In this document: positions 23,831 to 36,299 of the stretch, in pieces | How positions within the stretch are numbered: the first letter of the stretch is position 1 | How the letters are laid out: every line of letters starts with the position of its first letter | Source: Eutreptiella sp. 'Long Island Sound 2002' | Taxonomy: Eukaryota; Protista; Euglenida | Length of the DNA stretch: 64,000 nucleotides | Reading direction: 5' to 3' | NCBI GenBank assembly: GCA_964036045.1 | Contig: OZ038379.1 | Coordinates: forward strand, 58,342,001 to 58,406,000 | Notes under the pieces: generated by a model | Seen by the model: only the letters and a program-made list of their open reading frames with translations | Told to the model about the DNA's origin: nothing | The model's database searches: none | Position numbers and translations under genes: made by a program

Positions 23831-25939
23831 TGAGAAATGCCTTGAATAAACTTGGATGGTCTTCGTTTGGTGTTTGCGTTGGTTGGGGAAGCTGAAGCTA
23901 TTGTTGTTTTGCCATCGCTTGATGGCGATGCATTTGCTTCCTCTCTGGGGACCTCCAAAAAGAAAGAGAAGGCGATTGGTACCCCTCGGCTAGGGAGAAG
24001 GCTTCAAGAATGGCACTCCTAGCAATGAGAAGGATAGGAAAGGTGACATGTGTCTATTTGTGGTTTTTGGGAGAGGTTGAATCAATTTGTTTAAGCTTGA
24101 GTACTCAAGAGCACGTATGGCACAATAGGTCACTAGGAAACCTAGGGCCCGCATTCTTGAGATGCTCTAGCCTAGGTGCACTATGAGGGCCTCGCACACA
24201 GTACTAGTATCCCCATAAATTGCCCCCATAGAATGCACCCAAATAGCCCACAAGGAGAAACCTTGTTTCATTCATGTAAGCAAAACTTACAAAAGCAAAA
24301 AATTGTGCATTGCTTTTGTAGATTGGTGTCATTGCATAGGGTAATGTTGTTCAGCTATGCAAGGGTTTGGGCTACACGGACTCAGCTGATGTAGAGCTTC
24401 CAATTCCTTATTAGTTTGTATTGTGTACCACTCCTGCACCTGTAGCCAACCCCGGGGACACAGCAAAGCCCAAACCACGGCAATTGTGTATATCCACCTT
24501 GGTGCATAGGAGGTGAATTGGAATCTGAACGAATCAAGAATCATGAGAACAGAAGCAACTATTTCCACATTGTTGTTTTGTCTCCATGGACCATGCTTTG
24601 TTGGGTTGCATTATGGGGAAGTACTTGCGCTGTGTGCGCACCGCGCACACCGCTTTTGCGGCGAGTACACCCGGAACGCCCTTGATTTATAACCCCCCAA
24701 AAGGGCCCCTAAGAAGAGCAAACCCATTGGTCACAACACTTGTGTAACCACCCTTCCTTCCCACAATCAAGAGTGCAATACAATCAACTACTCTACTACT
24801 TGTGCACCCCTCTTGCCCTATCGGGTGCCTCCCAAGGTGAAAATACATGACCCCTTGGAAGCAACCACTCCTAGTATGGAGTCGAGGTTCTCTGGCATCC
24901 TTGCTCGAATGTCAAATCTTGAAAAGAAAGCTTGTGGAAGGGTCATGCAAGATGAATTTCCACTGGAGTCTCCTCTGTATTGTCGTGTGGCTACTTGGTC
25001 GAATCTCATCTGTCACTCCATGGCCTCAAGGGTTGCCCTTGCGATGACCAAGCAGAATATGCACACACACACTCTCTCTCCCCTGCGATGACCCGGCACT
25101 GGCATGGTGCAAGACAAGCATCTTTGTAAACTGTATGATGTGTTCCCATGTCTGATCACGTGTGCACTTCATCTAACCACCATAGCCCCCTTTAATATTA
25201 AGGAGTTGCTTCCAAAGGGCAAGGTTGCCGGCTCCCTGACTCCACAGTTGACCCTTTACTCATGAGCAATTGGACCTTAATCAACCTATCCCCTTTCTGT
25301 AATAAGGCGACCCAACCCATATATGCGTGGTACGCCACACTCCACTGTTGTATTCACCGTGATTTGAGTTGCATGTGGAATCTTCTCTTAGGCAGCATTT
25401 CGGCACGGCACATGGCAAGCCAGGCCAAGCTAGGACAGGGCAATGGGTTTGTGGCTTGCTCATTGGGGCTGCAGGCATGGTTGCCCAGCGACTGCTCCGA
25501 AGGGCATGATGTACAGTATGCGTTGCCAAGTGGGCCGAATAACGCTGCCAAGCCTTCATTCACCCCCACAACCCTTGTGCCGAGCCTACGTTATGGCTCC
25601 CCCACTTGTCCAAAAAGCCATAGCAACACTTGGGACAAAGGTTCATGCTTCTTATTTCAACCATGCTTCACTTTTCATCTTAAAAAAAGTGCCAGTAGAA
25701 TTGGCAGTGAGGCATTTGGTTTGGCAGCCCACTGTTTAATACATGTGCTTCATAATTTGTTTCTGTATGAAATCATACAAGGGGAGCACCTGACACGCAA
25801 CCATTTCGCCGTCTAGCCCGACCAAGCACCCGTTTAGGCAGGACAAGCTGTGGTTCACTCCACTAGAAGGAAAAGGTGAAAACAAGAAGGAGGATATTCG
25901 GGTTCCCTTGGCAACCATGCCATTCGGAGAATCTCGACA

Positions 25940-26012
25940 TATTGCCTGCGAGGCTCGAGCCCGCGCCCACAAGGTAAAGAGCGTTGCGCTCTACTGACTG
26001 AGCTAGAGCGGC
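25940..26012 (-). pseudogene. tRNA-Lys(CTT) pseudogene or tRNA-Lys-derived SINE head
   Basis: GCCGCTCTAGCTCAGTCAGTAGAGCGCAACGCTCTTTACCTTGTGGGCGCGGGCTCGAGCCTCGC has a Lys-type D-arm and a CTT anticodon. The G18, A37 and T-loop positions are altered and the 3' acceptor strand is not complementary. Confidence 0.8.
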
Positions 26013-26544
26013 CATTGCACATATTGAGGTGCGTGATCTACCATTTGCTTTCTCCGAGGCAATCTGTGTACCACACCTTTAATTGCGTTCCGCCAGGGCT
26101 CTAAGCACCCCCATTCTGTTTCACTTCCCTTGGCACTACTTCGCAAGAGGTCTCTCCACTGTCGGTTTCCTTTTGCAGGAGCAGATAGAAGTCGCCGAGC
26201 ATCCTGTGCTTCTCATGACTGTTTTGTCTGTCTACGTGCGGAGTTTGGAATTGTAATGGCCTGGGTGCCATACGTTTGCAGTGCCTGGTGCTCAAAGGCA
26301 GGTGCTGGGCCGTGTCAAGTGTAAACCATCCGCCTACACACGGGGGGCCGGGGACGGGGTGGCATGAGCGCTGGTTACTACCTATGTGTTCCGTTGAGTA
26401 TCGTTGTGAGGGCAAAGCCTCCCCAGGGTGCCCGGTCCGACATGTCGTGAACTGCCCGGCAAGGGTCCAAAAATATCTCCACTGGCAGTCGGGGTTTGTG
26501 TTTGCCCTGCGTAATGTCTCTAGAAATACGTGTCTGGGGAGCCT

Positions 26545-26970
26545 CTGCCCAAGGGTGGATGCGATGCATCCTGGATGGGTATAGATCCTTCAGGGATCCA
26601 TCGCATGGGCTGTACAATGATGCAGAGTGGATGTGATGAATCCTTGATGGGTGTAGACCCTCCAAAGGTTCATCGCATGGGCTGTACACTAGTCTGGGCT
26701 GGATGCGATGAATACCTGATGGGTGTAGACCCTTCAAGGATCCATCGCATGGGTTGTACACTAGTCTAGGGTCGATGGGATGAATCCTTGATGGTTGTAG
26801 ACCCTCCAAAGGTTCATCGCATGGGTTGTACATTGATGTAGAGTGGATGCGATGAATCCTCGATGGGTGTAGACCCTCCAAGGATGCATCGCGTGGGCTG
26901 TACACTGACGCAGAGTGAATGCAATAAATCCTTGATGGGTGTACTCCCTTCCACGATTCATCGCATGGGC
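26545..26970 (-). repeat. 72-bp tandem satellite, diverged subfamily in opposite orientation to 50648-51288
   Basis: GGGTGTAGAC anchor at 26649 and 26721. The unit is GATGAATCCTTGATGGGTGTAGACCCTCCAAGGATTCATCGCATGGG-like. Confidence 0.9.
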
Positions 26971-28080
26971 CGTGCATTGAGAGCCATGCGCGAAAGCCAT
27001 GCCTGCTTAGGTCGGGTTGTGTGTGTGCTCCCGTGTGCATGCGTGTGTGGGTCCGTGTTTGTGTCTGTGTCTGTGTCTGTGTGTCTGTTTGTGTCTGTGG
27101 CTACCTGCACAGCCCTAGAAGAATTGGATTGGGCTGGAAGAGTGAGGTCATGTTGCATGAAGCATGTGCTCTCACCCCATTCGAGTTTGGGACCAAAGCC
27201 TCCTCCAACCCATGTCCGACAAAACTCCTCAGCCACAGCAATGGGGTCAGGTGCAGGCCTGGCTGCAACCCTGGGACGAAGGTGTTGGCACATGTATTGG
27301 CAACGCGGATGTAGCCCGATACCAACTGTTTTCGTCTGAAATATGATGCGTGAAGGACTCATTCCACGCAACCTTGTTTTATTAACATGCACAGTGCAAA
27401 AATTAGGTGTTCTGCAGAATGCATAGAGGAAGGCATTAGCAGCACAAGGCACCAAATCTCTATGGACAAGGGTTGCAAACACAAAACACTCTCAAATTCC
27501 ACCGCTTTGCTTTCAAAAGTAGAAAGTTGCCCCCCCACCCCCACCCCACCCCACCTGTCACCACCTAGGGATCTTCAAGGGCCGCAACTGTCCCAGGTGG
27601 GGCCAGAAGGGGTGCCTCGGGAAAGAGGATCAAAGTGCACCGGAGAAGTGTGGCTATTGATGGCTCTCCCATGCTCTGTGAACCTCCCTCCCTTACCAGC
27701 AAACCTCATCCCCGGGCACAGCTGTCAGGCACACCCCTTGTGCTTTCAACATGCATTCAACATTTTTGGGCTCATCCCGACGGCCCTTCAAGCATTCATG
27801 CTCTTTGCAGGGCCAAAAGCATGTATTGATGGAAAATGCACATGTTGTAGTGCTACATCCACCAAGGCATCAAACGAGCTTTGCCACATCATAATCATCA
27901 GTTGGTCATGAGGATATGGTGATCGTATAACTATCCGATGGACTCTGATGCGCAGTTGTTTCTCATTTACCCATTGAATGGAGACGGGTTAATATGCCGT
28001 GACCCAGTCGTGCCGGAGAGGTAAGGACGTGGGACCCACCTTTGGCGCAAGCCGAGACCCAACCCAACCCAAACGCCCTT

Positions 28081-28371
28081 TGTGCAACCACCGCCCTGTG
28101 TAGTCACCACTACCCGTTGAAAATGTCAATGTTGGTGCCTGCCTCAGGCAGTGCCTACGCACGGGCAGTCCGTTTTTTGGACAACCCCGTCGCTGCAGGC
28201 GCAGCCGCAGATGCAATTTGGGTCCAAGACAAAGATTCCTCCACCCCCTCCCGCCCGCCTTGCACAGCCCACCCCCCCTCCCCTCCTACACCCTCCCCCC
28301 CTCTTGCAGAGTCCAGTCATTTCCCCAACAATTGCAGGTGCCTCAGAAAATTTTCTTTCAATAAAAGTGCA
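28081..28371. repeat. Direct repeat 1 (about 291 bp, TG...CA)
   Basis: Highly similar to 29161-29452. Confidence 0.9.
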
Positions 28372-29160
28372 GCTGTTTTGTTTTTGTTGCTGACACGAGA
28401 CTCAGTTTAGGCCATATGGCCTCCGGTGTGCATGGGCATTCAAGCCCGGTGAGTATGTATAGTATGAATTGGGTAACCGACAGCTTCATGCGGGTGGAGA
28501 CGTTGTGGGGGGGGGGGGGATTCGTAGCTACTGCACACGTTATGCAATGGTGTAGGCAGCCACCATGTAGGCTAAGCCCACCATTCCAAATCAGAGGGTT
28601 AGTTGTTGGGGACGATGTCGTGCAGGGGACAGGGCAGGGCGTGGTTCCTAGGGGGAGCGCCGAAAAGCGCACATCCTCAGGCGGTAGTATTGGCTTAACT
28701 ATCCAGACCAGTATCATCCCATCGGATGGGAGACCCGGTAAATTGGATGCCCTCAGTGGAGGGCAGAGTTTGTCGTATTGGGGACCCCGTGAGTTCTACA
28801 GCACGGGTGTCCCCTTGGGGACTGGTGTAGAGAAGCTTGCCACGCATGCCCCCAAGCGATGGGACACGTTTTCGTTTAACGAGGAGGTGGCGGAAGATGT
28901 CAGACTCCATGGCTAGGTGGTGCTCCTTTTGAGGCCAGGCATTCGTCAACCAGTGGTCGGAGAGTGTCTCCAACCGCACTGCCTAGTTCTCCAAGTGTCG
29001 CTAGACACTCGTAGATGCCGGGCGCGAGAGGAGGGACTGATTCTCCCTCCCTGTCTTAGTGTAGCTTTGGTGGCACCAGTCCCGCATTGTGCAGTCACAG
29101 TCCCCCCAGAAATTTCGAGAGACTTTACGGAAAGATGCCAGATATGCGTCTTCCACTCCT

Positions 29161-29452
29161 TGCGCAGCCACCGCCCTGTGTAGTCACCACTACCCGGTGA
29201 AAATGTCAATTTTGGTGCCTGCCTCAGGCAGTGCCTACGCACGGGCAGTCCGTTTTTGGGACAACCCCGTCGCTGCAGGCGCAGTCGCAGATGCAATTTG
29301 GTTCCAAGACAAAGATTCCTCCAGCCCCTCCCCCCCGCCTTGCACAACCCACGCACCCCTCCCCTCCTACACCCTCCCCCCTTCTTGCACGGTCCAGTCA
29401 TTTCCCCAACAGGTGAAGGTGCCTAGGAAATTTTTCTTTCAATAACAGTGCA
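29161..29452. repeat. Direct repeat 2 (about 292 bp, TG...CA)
   Basis: Highly similar to 28081-28371, with about 790 bp between the copies. Confidence 0.9.
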
Positions 29453-30724
29453 GTTGTGGTAGGGTCATTTGGTGACCGTTCTTCCTTGGGGTTGTGTTCT
29501 TGGGGGCGGGGGTAGTGCACACTCAACGATAGAACATAGAAACACCGCCCATCGCGGCTTCACAACGCTGTCCCCCGCCCCCCCTCCCATTGATGCGCGA
29601 CGACCACCTGCAGAAAGAGCAACTTGTCATAAGGTGCTTTTTGCGAAGATACTTTTTTCCCAAAGAAGCAAAGTTCGATGGAGGTTCAGCAAGTTTTGGT
29701 GCATTTGGAACGAGGTGTGCCATCTGCAAGACAACATTTGGGGCATGTAGCACGAAATTAGGTTCATAGGACAAAATTGTGGGTAGATGGGATGGACTTG
29801 ACTGCCTGTGTAACAAAAATTACTTGTGCTTAAATTAGCTAACAGCACAATTTCCCTTGGTAAGTCTGTGACAGGGAGACATTTTCGTCCCTTTTGGATG
29901 CCCATTTTTGGCTACCTTCTTGCAATTATCTTAATATTTGTGGTTCTGTGGATGTGGTTGTTTGCAGGCAGTGTGGGTGGTGAGGTGAAGAATTTTTTTC
30001 CGGGTTTCGGAAACTTCCACCGCTGGGAAATTCCTCCTGAAAAAAAACCTCCTTTAACCACTCTAAGCCGACGCAACATTGTTGGTCGTCGGTTCAGGAA
30101 GGGGGGGGGGGGGTCGCAGCGGATTCAGATCGCATTGGTCGTCGGTTCAGGAAAGGGGGGGGGGGTCGCAGCGGATTCAGATCGCAATGTTGATCCACAC
30201 AATAAGAGTATTCTGAACCATGTTCCCTGCAGAGAACAGGCCTGTCCGCCTGCATTGTCACAATTTCGTAATGCCCTTGCCCATCGATCTCTCTGGATTG
30301 CCTGTGTGCCATTGCGGTCATCTTCGCATTCTCATTCCCATTTGCGTGTGTCATTGTTGTTTTCAACGCTTCATCGATTTCTGACCCTCTGCACCTTTCA
30401 CAGGGCGCGGCGGATGTTTTTTTCGTTTTTAGCAAATATTTCGATGGTAACATTCCATTTCATGACGACGCTCCCTTTCACGCCCTCCGATGGATCTGTT
30501 GCCACCACCACAACAGGTTTGGCACCCGCTGCTCCAATTCCCACAGTGCTATCGACAAACACGTTTCACTATTGCATTGGCACCAACTTCAAAATTAACG
30601 GCTTTTTATGAGTGGGGCGGAATGCAAGACATAGACTGACATATGCCCAGCGCTGGCTTGGTCCGTCACGTAAACAAAGACGTCGTCCCCCAAGGGGAGG
30701 GGGGCATCAACCCAACTGCCAGGG

Positions 30725-30905
30725 CTCCGAGGGGGGAGGGGGGGGGCGACTCCTCGGTTCTAGACGCCAACTACCACCCCCAACTAACTGTTGGCCGGAG
30801 GCCCCCCCGGGGGGGGGGGGGCATTGGATAGGGGGTCTAGGAGGGCTTGGGGGGGGGGGTAGTTAGCGTCCTAGGACCCGCGGAGCCCCCCCCCCCCCCC
30901 CCGGG
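30725..30905. mobile_element. Internally deleted (MITE-size) version of the CCCGGG-TIR element
   Basis: The left-end motif GACGCCAACT...CAACTAACTGTTGGCCGGAGGCCCC is joined to the right-end motif GCGTCCTAGGACCCGCGGAG-C(n)-GGG. Confidence 0.75.
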
Positions 30906-31736
30906 TGCGAGGATGGGTTTAATTTCAACCCAATGTGTGTAGCAATTGTGTGGGATGCAATTGTCTGCAAGGCACCATCTCATTGGCTCCCTCTTGGACA
31001 ACGAGGTGGGAGTGGGGTATGTCCCAGATACAAGGGTATGAAATGGGCGGGGGACTCCCCTTCAATGAGCACAATCCGTGATATTCACCAAAATCTTGAA
31101 AATTGCCTGCAACATCATGACAAAGGCAACACACTAATGGGCTTGTGGTGCCCTGTATGGACATAGGGCTGGTAGAGCAGAACATAACACCCACAAAGAG
31201 CACAAAACTTTGAAAAATTGAGCCTTCCACACTGCACAGAGGACTGTTGTTTGGCGAAAGCAGCAAAAGTCTGGCGTCACTGTTTGGCTTGCTTCTTAGC
31301 ATGGGGTTTAGTCAGAGGTTTGGCAGCAACATGGCCTGAAGGTTTTTTTGGGCCACAAAGCAGGCAACTTGAAAGTGCACTGGGCACCCACAGAAACATG
31401 GTAAGAAATGGCGTCAAATTTGTGATGGAGCATTTGGCGTCCTCTCCTTTCCACAAAGGGGCACGGGCATAGGCATCACACACAACAACGCAGCTGCAGC
31501 TACACACTCCTCCTGCTCGTCACCGTGTTGGCAGAGGCATGTGGTGTCGTGCAACACAGGTCCGCGCACACACAAATGTTGACAGTTGTCGGAATTCCGA
31601 CAGCAATATCGTGGTAAACACCAGCAGTGAGGCAAGCCGTTTTCTGTCGGGTATGTGTATGTGTATGCACACTCACTTTGCACAGGGCCTCTTCCACAAG
31701 CACATATCTTACTACACCCCTCTCCCCTTAAATCTA

Positions 31737-32114
31737 CCCCCCCCTTGCGCAAGCACGGCCGCGGTCCCAGAAGTCAGGCCAAAACGGCGGTTCAACGCCC
31801 ACCCCGTGCTTAGACAAGGCCGTGCATGCGCGTGACACATGTGACAGCCAGACCGGGAATAACATTGTTTGCCACGGATGAAAATCACATCAGAACAAAC
31901 AGCATGGGGTTCCAATGTGTAGTATAATGTTGTTATGAACAGAATGCACCATCACAGACATGACTGAGCCCCTCCCTGTACAAACGCTCTACAAACACCC
32001 AATCCTCTATTCTGGACCACAAAAACAGCGGTCCCAAAATTTCCTCAAAACGGCAGTTCAACGCCCACCCCGTGCTTAGACAAGGCCGTGCATGCGCAAG
32101 GGGGGGGGGGGGGA
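31737..32114. mobile_element. MITE with C(n)TTGCGCA(A/T)GCACGGCC TIRs and a TA TSD
   Basis: TA at 31735-36 and 32115-16. The empty site AAATCTAG is seen in sister copies. The right end is duplicated internally at about 31781-31831. Confidence 0.75.
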
Positions 32115-33257
32115 TAGCTGACAAGCGCGGCTTTTTTAGGCTTTTTTTTTGGCCGTTTCTCGAATACATCGCAGAGTTGTAGGGCATTAAAGGGCCCGTT
32201 GACGCAGGGAAGTCAAGCCGCAGGAGCAATGCACCATCCATGTCCCTTCAGTTGGCCGTTTTGAACGGGTTCTAGGGCCGTTTTGGGCAAAAAAAAGAGG
32301 GGCGGGGGCTCTTTTTGGCCCTACATGGAGGAAAATTGGGAGGGCACCTCCCGGCTTTGCGCCCCCGCCCTAGGCTGCCACCGGTGAGTTTCGCTCAAAG
32401 CTCAAATTTGAGAAGGGCACCACCTAGGCTTTGGGATGGCTAATTCAGCAAAGGATCGGAAGCGGTCGGACGGAGTGCTGGCCAAAATGGAATGATGACG
32501 TGCTTGCTTCTCGGCAACTATGCACTGGCGCTTTTAGGTCCTTCTTCACATCGTTAGCACGTCAGTGGTCATTCCAGTGGTGCTGGCAGTAAATGTAAGA
32601 CTGGGTTTTTAACTCAGCTTATGGCACATTTGCAATTCTTAGTGGAACCCATTTCACCATGCCAGTGGTTATTCATTTTTGGTTGTAGCTTGTGGTTATG
32701 TGACTGCTTGCTCGGAATGTACGAAGTTTGTGTCCACTAGCCCAAAAGCCAAAAACGGGCGGCTACAGGGCTCAAATCAGAAGTCCAAGGGCACCCAGTC
32801 CACCTGCAACCCCACTTTTTGACGTTTCCTGAGAATCGCCCAACGAGACGCCCAGACCCTTGTACTAGTGGTCACTGTGGCGGAGCTGGAGAGCAGCAGT
32901 GACCTGTATGGTTTGCGCCAACGTGCGTCAAGAAGGGTTCCTAGGCAAGGCCGACAACGGGTCTGGTAGGGTCCCCAGAGCAAAAATTTTTTTCCAAAAA
33001 TGTTCCTCGGCTGATTGGGATGCTCAAACAATTGCTTTTAGCCTATTTTGAGCCAGCGGTGATGCAATTTGGCCTGTGGGGAACCCCAAAATGCCTTGAA
33101 AATTGGCCGTTTTGGAGAGAAAAATGGGTCACAAAACGGGTCAAAAACCTGTTTTTCCCAAAATGATTGTGGGCCTTTTGGGGTGCACAATCAAGTAAGA
33201 TGAGCCTATCTTGACCCGGTTTTGAGCCATTTTGGCCCCTCTAAGGTCCCCAAAAGC

Positions 33258-33662
33258 TGGAACAACGTTCCGCCTCCGCCCACATTGCTGGCGTCAGTCA
33301 CCAGGATAATTTCACCTTGTGCCTTGGGCACACCCAAGCATTTAGCGTTAGCCACCTTGTCCTTGAGCTCGCCAAACGCTTGTTGCTCTTGAGGGCCCCA
33401 GCGCCAAGTAGTGCTCTTCTTGATAAGGTCCGTCAGGATGGCGCTGGTATAGGTGAAATTCTTTATGTGGCGGCGGTAGAGGTTGCACGCCCCAATGAAG
33501 CTGCGTACATCATGGAGTCCTTTCTTGGGGTCTTCATGTCGTACCTTAGCATCCATCAGGGGTTTGGCCTTAGAGGCCGCCGGGGTCCACCACCCATAGC
33601 CAATGTTGAACCCCAGGTACTGCATAGTCTCCTGCATGAACTCACACTTCTGCAGCTTGAGT
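33258..33662 (-). pseudogene. Ty3/gypsy pol fragment (RT C-terminus, linker, RNase H start)
   Basis: LKLQKCEFMQETMQYLGFNIG...VRSFIGACNLYRRHIKNF...W.WGPQEQQAFGELK...IILVTDASNVGGGGTLFQ. Confidence 0.92.
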
Positions 33663-33910
33663 CCTTGCAAATGGGCCATTTTGTGACTAAGCACGTGTCA
33701 AAAATGGGTCTCAAAATGTGTTTTTCCAAAAAATGATCTTGGACCATTTGAGGTGCTCAAAGGGGACAATCGCGCCCATTTTCAGCCCATTTTGAGGAAA
33801 GATTAGCCATCTAGCCACATGCATGCACCAACATGTACACTTGTGTACCGAGAAGCTGTGTTGTGGAGCCACGTAGAGTTGGCGAGAGGGGTGTAGATTA
33901 GAGGTCATTT

Positions 33911-34860
33911 CTACACCCCTCTCCCCTGAAATCTAGATAACAAGCAAGCAAGCAACAACAAGCAAGCAACCAAGCAAGCACTTCTCCTTTCCGTTTTGGC
34001 TATTGCTCCGACTCATCGCCCCGGGCTCTACTCTATTGCAATCATCCTGGAGCCTGGGTGGTGCCCTTGCCAAATCCAAGTTTTCAGCCCAAAACTCACC
34101 AGTGGCGCCCTGGGGCGAGGGCACCAAGTCGGGAGGTGCCTTCCCAAAACTGCGCATTTTGTGCCCGAAAGCAGCGTTTTTTGGCCCAAAACGGCCCCGA
34201 ACCCATTCAAAATGACAAAACAAAGGTAAACAGTAGTACACCCCAAGTGCGCCTTGACCTCCCCATGACAAAGAGCCCTTTGTTGCGCTCTAACTCCACG
34301 ATATATCCGAGAAAGGCCAAAAAATGGCCAAAAATGGCCCAGCTTGCACGCAGCTTGTGTCAAACAGCCCCAAAAACAAGAACAGGCCGTATCTTGGGCT
34401 ACGTGGCTCAACAACACATTCCAAGGGCACCTAGTCCACCCGCAAACCCCCACTTTTGGTGGTGTCCAACCCTCAGAATCGCCCAACGAGACGCCTAGAG
34501 ACCACTCTACCGGCAGTTAGTTGGTGGAGCTGGGTTGCCCAGCACCGTGGGAGGCCAACGGTGGGTCCAACAGGGTCCCCGGGGCGGAAAACCTTAATTT
34601 TACCAAAGTTGTTCTTGGACCGATTTGGGATGCTCAAACAAGTGTTTTGAGCCTGTTTTGAGCCCATTGTGACGCGTTTTGGCCCATGGAAGATCCCAAA
34701 ATGCCTTGAAAATGACCCTTTTTGGGACCAAAAGTGGGTCGCAAATGGGTCAAAAACGTGTTTTTCCAAAAGTGACCCCGGACCATTGGGGATGCTCAAA
34801 CAAGGGAAATGAGCCCATTTTGAGCTTGTTTTGACCCAGTTTAGCACCTTCCGCCAATTG
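33911..34860 (+). mobile_element. Second, tandem copy of the CTACACCCC family (right end not found)
   Basis: CTACACCCCTCTCCCCTGAAATCTAG plus (AGCA)n and the family body. Confidence 0.75.
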
Positions 34861-35479
34861 TATGCAGCAAGTTGTACCGTTCACACGTACCTTAGAGGAC
34901 AATAACAAGACGATATGTTCGAGAATCGTCCAATTTTCGTCAAAATGGTCACATTTTCCTCTCCGATCAAGCTGGTTGTGATAAGCGTGGTAGTGGACAT
35001 CAGGGCAATAAACGGGGAAATTCTTTAGCATATTGTCTTGTTGAGCCGAAGCTCTTACATTTTTGAATTCAGCACATCAAAATGCACAAATTTATATGCC
35101 CCCTTTTTTCGCTATTAGAACGATATGTTGGAGCAGCGGGCGGAGCGCCTTGAAAACCTTGCATGCAGTGTAGACCAAGGTTGAGAAGCGGATGCCCAAA
35201 CGCCCAACTTCGGCAGCCCGGGGCGAAAAAATATGGCCACCTACCCCCCATGACCCTACCTTTCCGAAACAGCCTTTTCTTGGGGATTTCAGAAAATTTT
35301 AACACCCCCCCCGCCCGCCGCAGCTTGAAACGACATTTTTGAGAAAAACGGGAAGATTTGAAAAAACTCCGACTTTGCGTCGGAATCACCCCCGTGTAGG
35401 GTGGCTCCGCAATACGGTACGTGCGAGGTGCAAAACTTGGTGCATACATGTGGCGAAACGGGCTACACGGGTCAAAGGG

Positions 35480-36000
35480 GGCTTAAAATGGGCCATTTTG
35501 GAGGCTTTTGCAACATTAGAGGGGCCAAAAAGGGGCTGAAATAGGGCACAAAATGGGCGCAATTCACTTGGTTATGCACCCCAAACGGTCCAGGATAACT
35601 TTTGGAGAATGCATTTTTGAGCTATTTTTGACCCTTGTTTGGTCCCAAAACGGCCCATTTTCAAGGCATTTTCAATGGGCCAAAATGCGTCACCACGGGC
35701 TCAAAATGGGCTAAAAATGTTGGAGCATGGTCTAGGAACAACTTTGGAAAAATTCTTTTTTTCGCCCCCGGTGGACCCACCGTTGGCCACCACCATGCGC
35801 GGCCCGGGCTGCCCTCGGGGTCCACTAGGAGACCACTGGTGCGGGGGTCTCGGTGTCTCGTTGGGCGATTCACAGGGTTGGAAACTACAAAACTTAGGCC
35901 ACGCTAACTGCCCACCCCCCTACCCACAGGCTGGGCTCCGCGGGGCCATACTGTACCCCCCAAAAACAGGGTATGAATTCTGCACCTAGGGGACCCCTTG
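35480..36000 (+). mobile_element. Further fragment of the same interspersed repeat family
   Basis: Shares CCCATTTTCAAGGCATTTT / GGACCCACCGTTGGCC blocks with the other copies. Confidence 0.6.
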
Positions 36001-36299
36001 CTCCTGGTAGGAAAAAATGGGTATCTCTATTTACCTAAAATGCCATTCTCATGTAACCACATCCTAGTTGTCAAAACACAATAAGCATGTATGCATACTG
36101 GAAAAGCAGAGGAAAAAAGAAGGTTTCTTCAATACAACAAACCTTTCAGTGTTACACACAAATGTATCATCCTGCGAGGCGATGCAGTGCAAGAAGTAGG
36201 GTAGCACACACTTGGCAAGGGTTGTTGCACCCTGTGTGTGCCCAAAAACTGTCAATTGACAGTCACTCAAATTCATGCATCATAATCAAGGTCTCTATT

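Larger units (their letters stand above)
31712..33896 (+). mobile_element. Non-autonomous TIR element (CTACACCCCTCTCCCC ... GGCGAGAGGGGTGTAG) with nested inserts
   Basis: Inverted termini at 31712 and 33881-33896. The same termini bound 51523-52648. Confidence 0.7.

Noticed and set aside
27100-27960. Possible KDZ/CxC transposase remnants (also 10200-10500 and 30930-31700)
   Set aside because: Cys/His patterns did not form a consistent motif series in any frame.
29560-30610. Possible gag CCCH or protease remnants; 261-aa plus-strand ORF 29826-30611
   Set aside because: Motif matches are too weak, and the ORF runs through a local duplication and G-runs.
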